Shown one piece after another: positions 62,960 through 64,000 of a stretch of DNA of 64,000 nt. This DNA comes from Isurus oxyrinchus. Lineage: Eukaryota. Within the stretch, counting starts at the first letter, position 1. Each line of letters starts with the position of its first letter. The stretch lies in contig JANJGN010000041.1 of the NCBI GenBank assembly GCA_026770705.1, positions 6,014,001 to 6,078,000 on the forward strand, written 5' to 3'. Made by a program: the position numbers and the translations under genes. The notes beneath the pieces were generated by a model. The model had not been told where the DNA came from. It worked only from the letters and a program-made list of their open reading frames with translations, and did not search any database.

Positions 62960-63320
62960 GGGATTTGGGATGCAGCAATGGAGTGGAGTGCGATATGCTC
63001 ACTGAATGGAATGGGATCAAGTCATTGGAAATGTGATATAGTGTCTAATCAGAAGGCAAAGCAGTCAGTGAGGGAATGGGATTTAGTGACTGAGGTGAGG
63101 AGGGTGTGCAGTGTGAGAGGACTGAGTGTTGTGACTGTGGTGGGTGGGATGTTGTGCCTGAAGAGTTTGCGATGTTGTGATTGAGCGGATTGGGAATTTG
63201 TCACTGTGTTCCTGTGGGATGTAGTGAATGAGGTGAGTGGAGTGGGATGCATTGAGTGAGGTGTATGGGATGTAGCGACTGAGTAAGTAGGATGTAGCGC
63301 CTGAGGGGTGGAGTGCTGAC
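62960..63320. repeat. Minisatellite GTGGGATGTAGTGACTGAG-like, continuation of 61355-61700
   Basis: Same unit; separated from the first block by about 1.25 kb of unrelated sequence. Confidence 0.75.
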
Positions 63321-64000
63321 TTGTATTTTCCCCACCTTTAGTTCACATTCTCGCCTCTTGCAATCTGCTCTCTTTTTAATTTCGCTTTATGTAACTTTTG
63401 ACTGTTTAAATCTGAAGCATGTTGCATTTCTCTCTTCCCCTCACTCTTAACATAATTAACATGTCCTGCTTGAGATTTTAAGCTGTTCCTCACGAACAAA
63501 TTTCGTTTTATTTTCATTAGTTTGGGACTGGTTATCTGTCTCCTTTACCCCATTCTCTCTCAGAGCCACTTACAAACAAATATAGCTTGGGACTCGCTCT
63601 CTGTCTCTTTTCAGTGACTTCTTTGGCAACATTCTTGAAAGCTAGCTGGACTCCAACAGCTTCCCACACAAGCTGCTGCATTTCATCCTCCGCGTGTGTC
63701 TGTGGGAGATATGTGCCTGCTTGGACGGCTGTTGCTAGGAAACAACGCTATTTTTTTCTACACTTGTGTTTGCTTAACGAAAAAAGTCATGAAATTCCCT
63801 TACAAATGCAAGTAACTGTTTAAACTGAAGCTAAAATTCATTTTGGCGTTCCATGTAACAAAAGTCCAGAAATAAAAATCACAATTAAACTTTAAAGCGT
63901 ACACTCACACCTAACACCTACAAATGCCAATGTAACCTGCTAAAATTATATACACTTGCTAACTTGTATGACGTTTTCTGATGATTCCTGTCAAACAGGT

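Noticed and set aside
60800-63320. Periodic repeats as a CRISPR-like array
   Set aside because: Eukaryotic DNA; units are degenerate and contiguous with no unique spacers or cas genes.

Overview
Eukaryotic, repeat-rich, low-gene-density DNA. The repeat repertoire (CR1-clade LINEs, HE1-like and DeuSINE-like SINEs, Penelope elements, a Gmr1-like Gypsy element) points to a cartilaginous fish (shark or ray); this is inferred from repeat families, not from a database search. The main content is a cluster of GPR139/GPR142-like rhodopsin-class 7TM receptor genes. One two-exon gene is intact (+, exon 1 42425-42494, exon 2 51189-52093, 324 aa). Two are clear pseudogenes (-, 3739-4603 with exon 1 at 6652-6748; +, about 36794-37620). 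There is also an orphan first exon (-, 13229-13316) and several faint older remnants, one apparently intronless. Other content: a C-type lectin terminal exon with one in-frame stop, Penelope-derived hairpins with hammerhead-ribozyme-like cores, a SCAN-bearing INT-before-RT retrotransposon with two nested solo LTRs, a triplicated unexplained module, a possible retroviral env remnant and several minisatellites. Repeat boundaries are by-eye estimates; nearly all other short ORFs in the track are spurious or TE debris.
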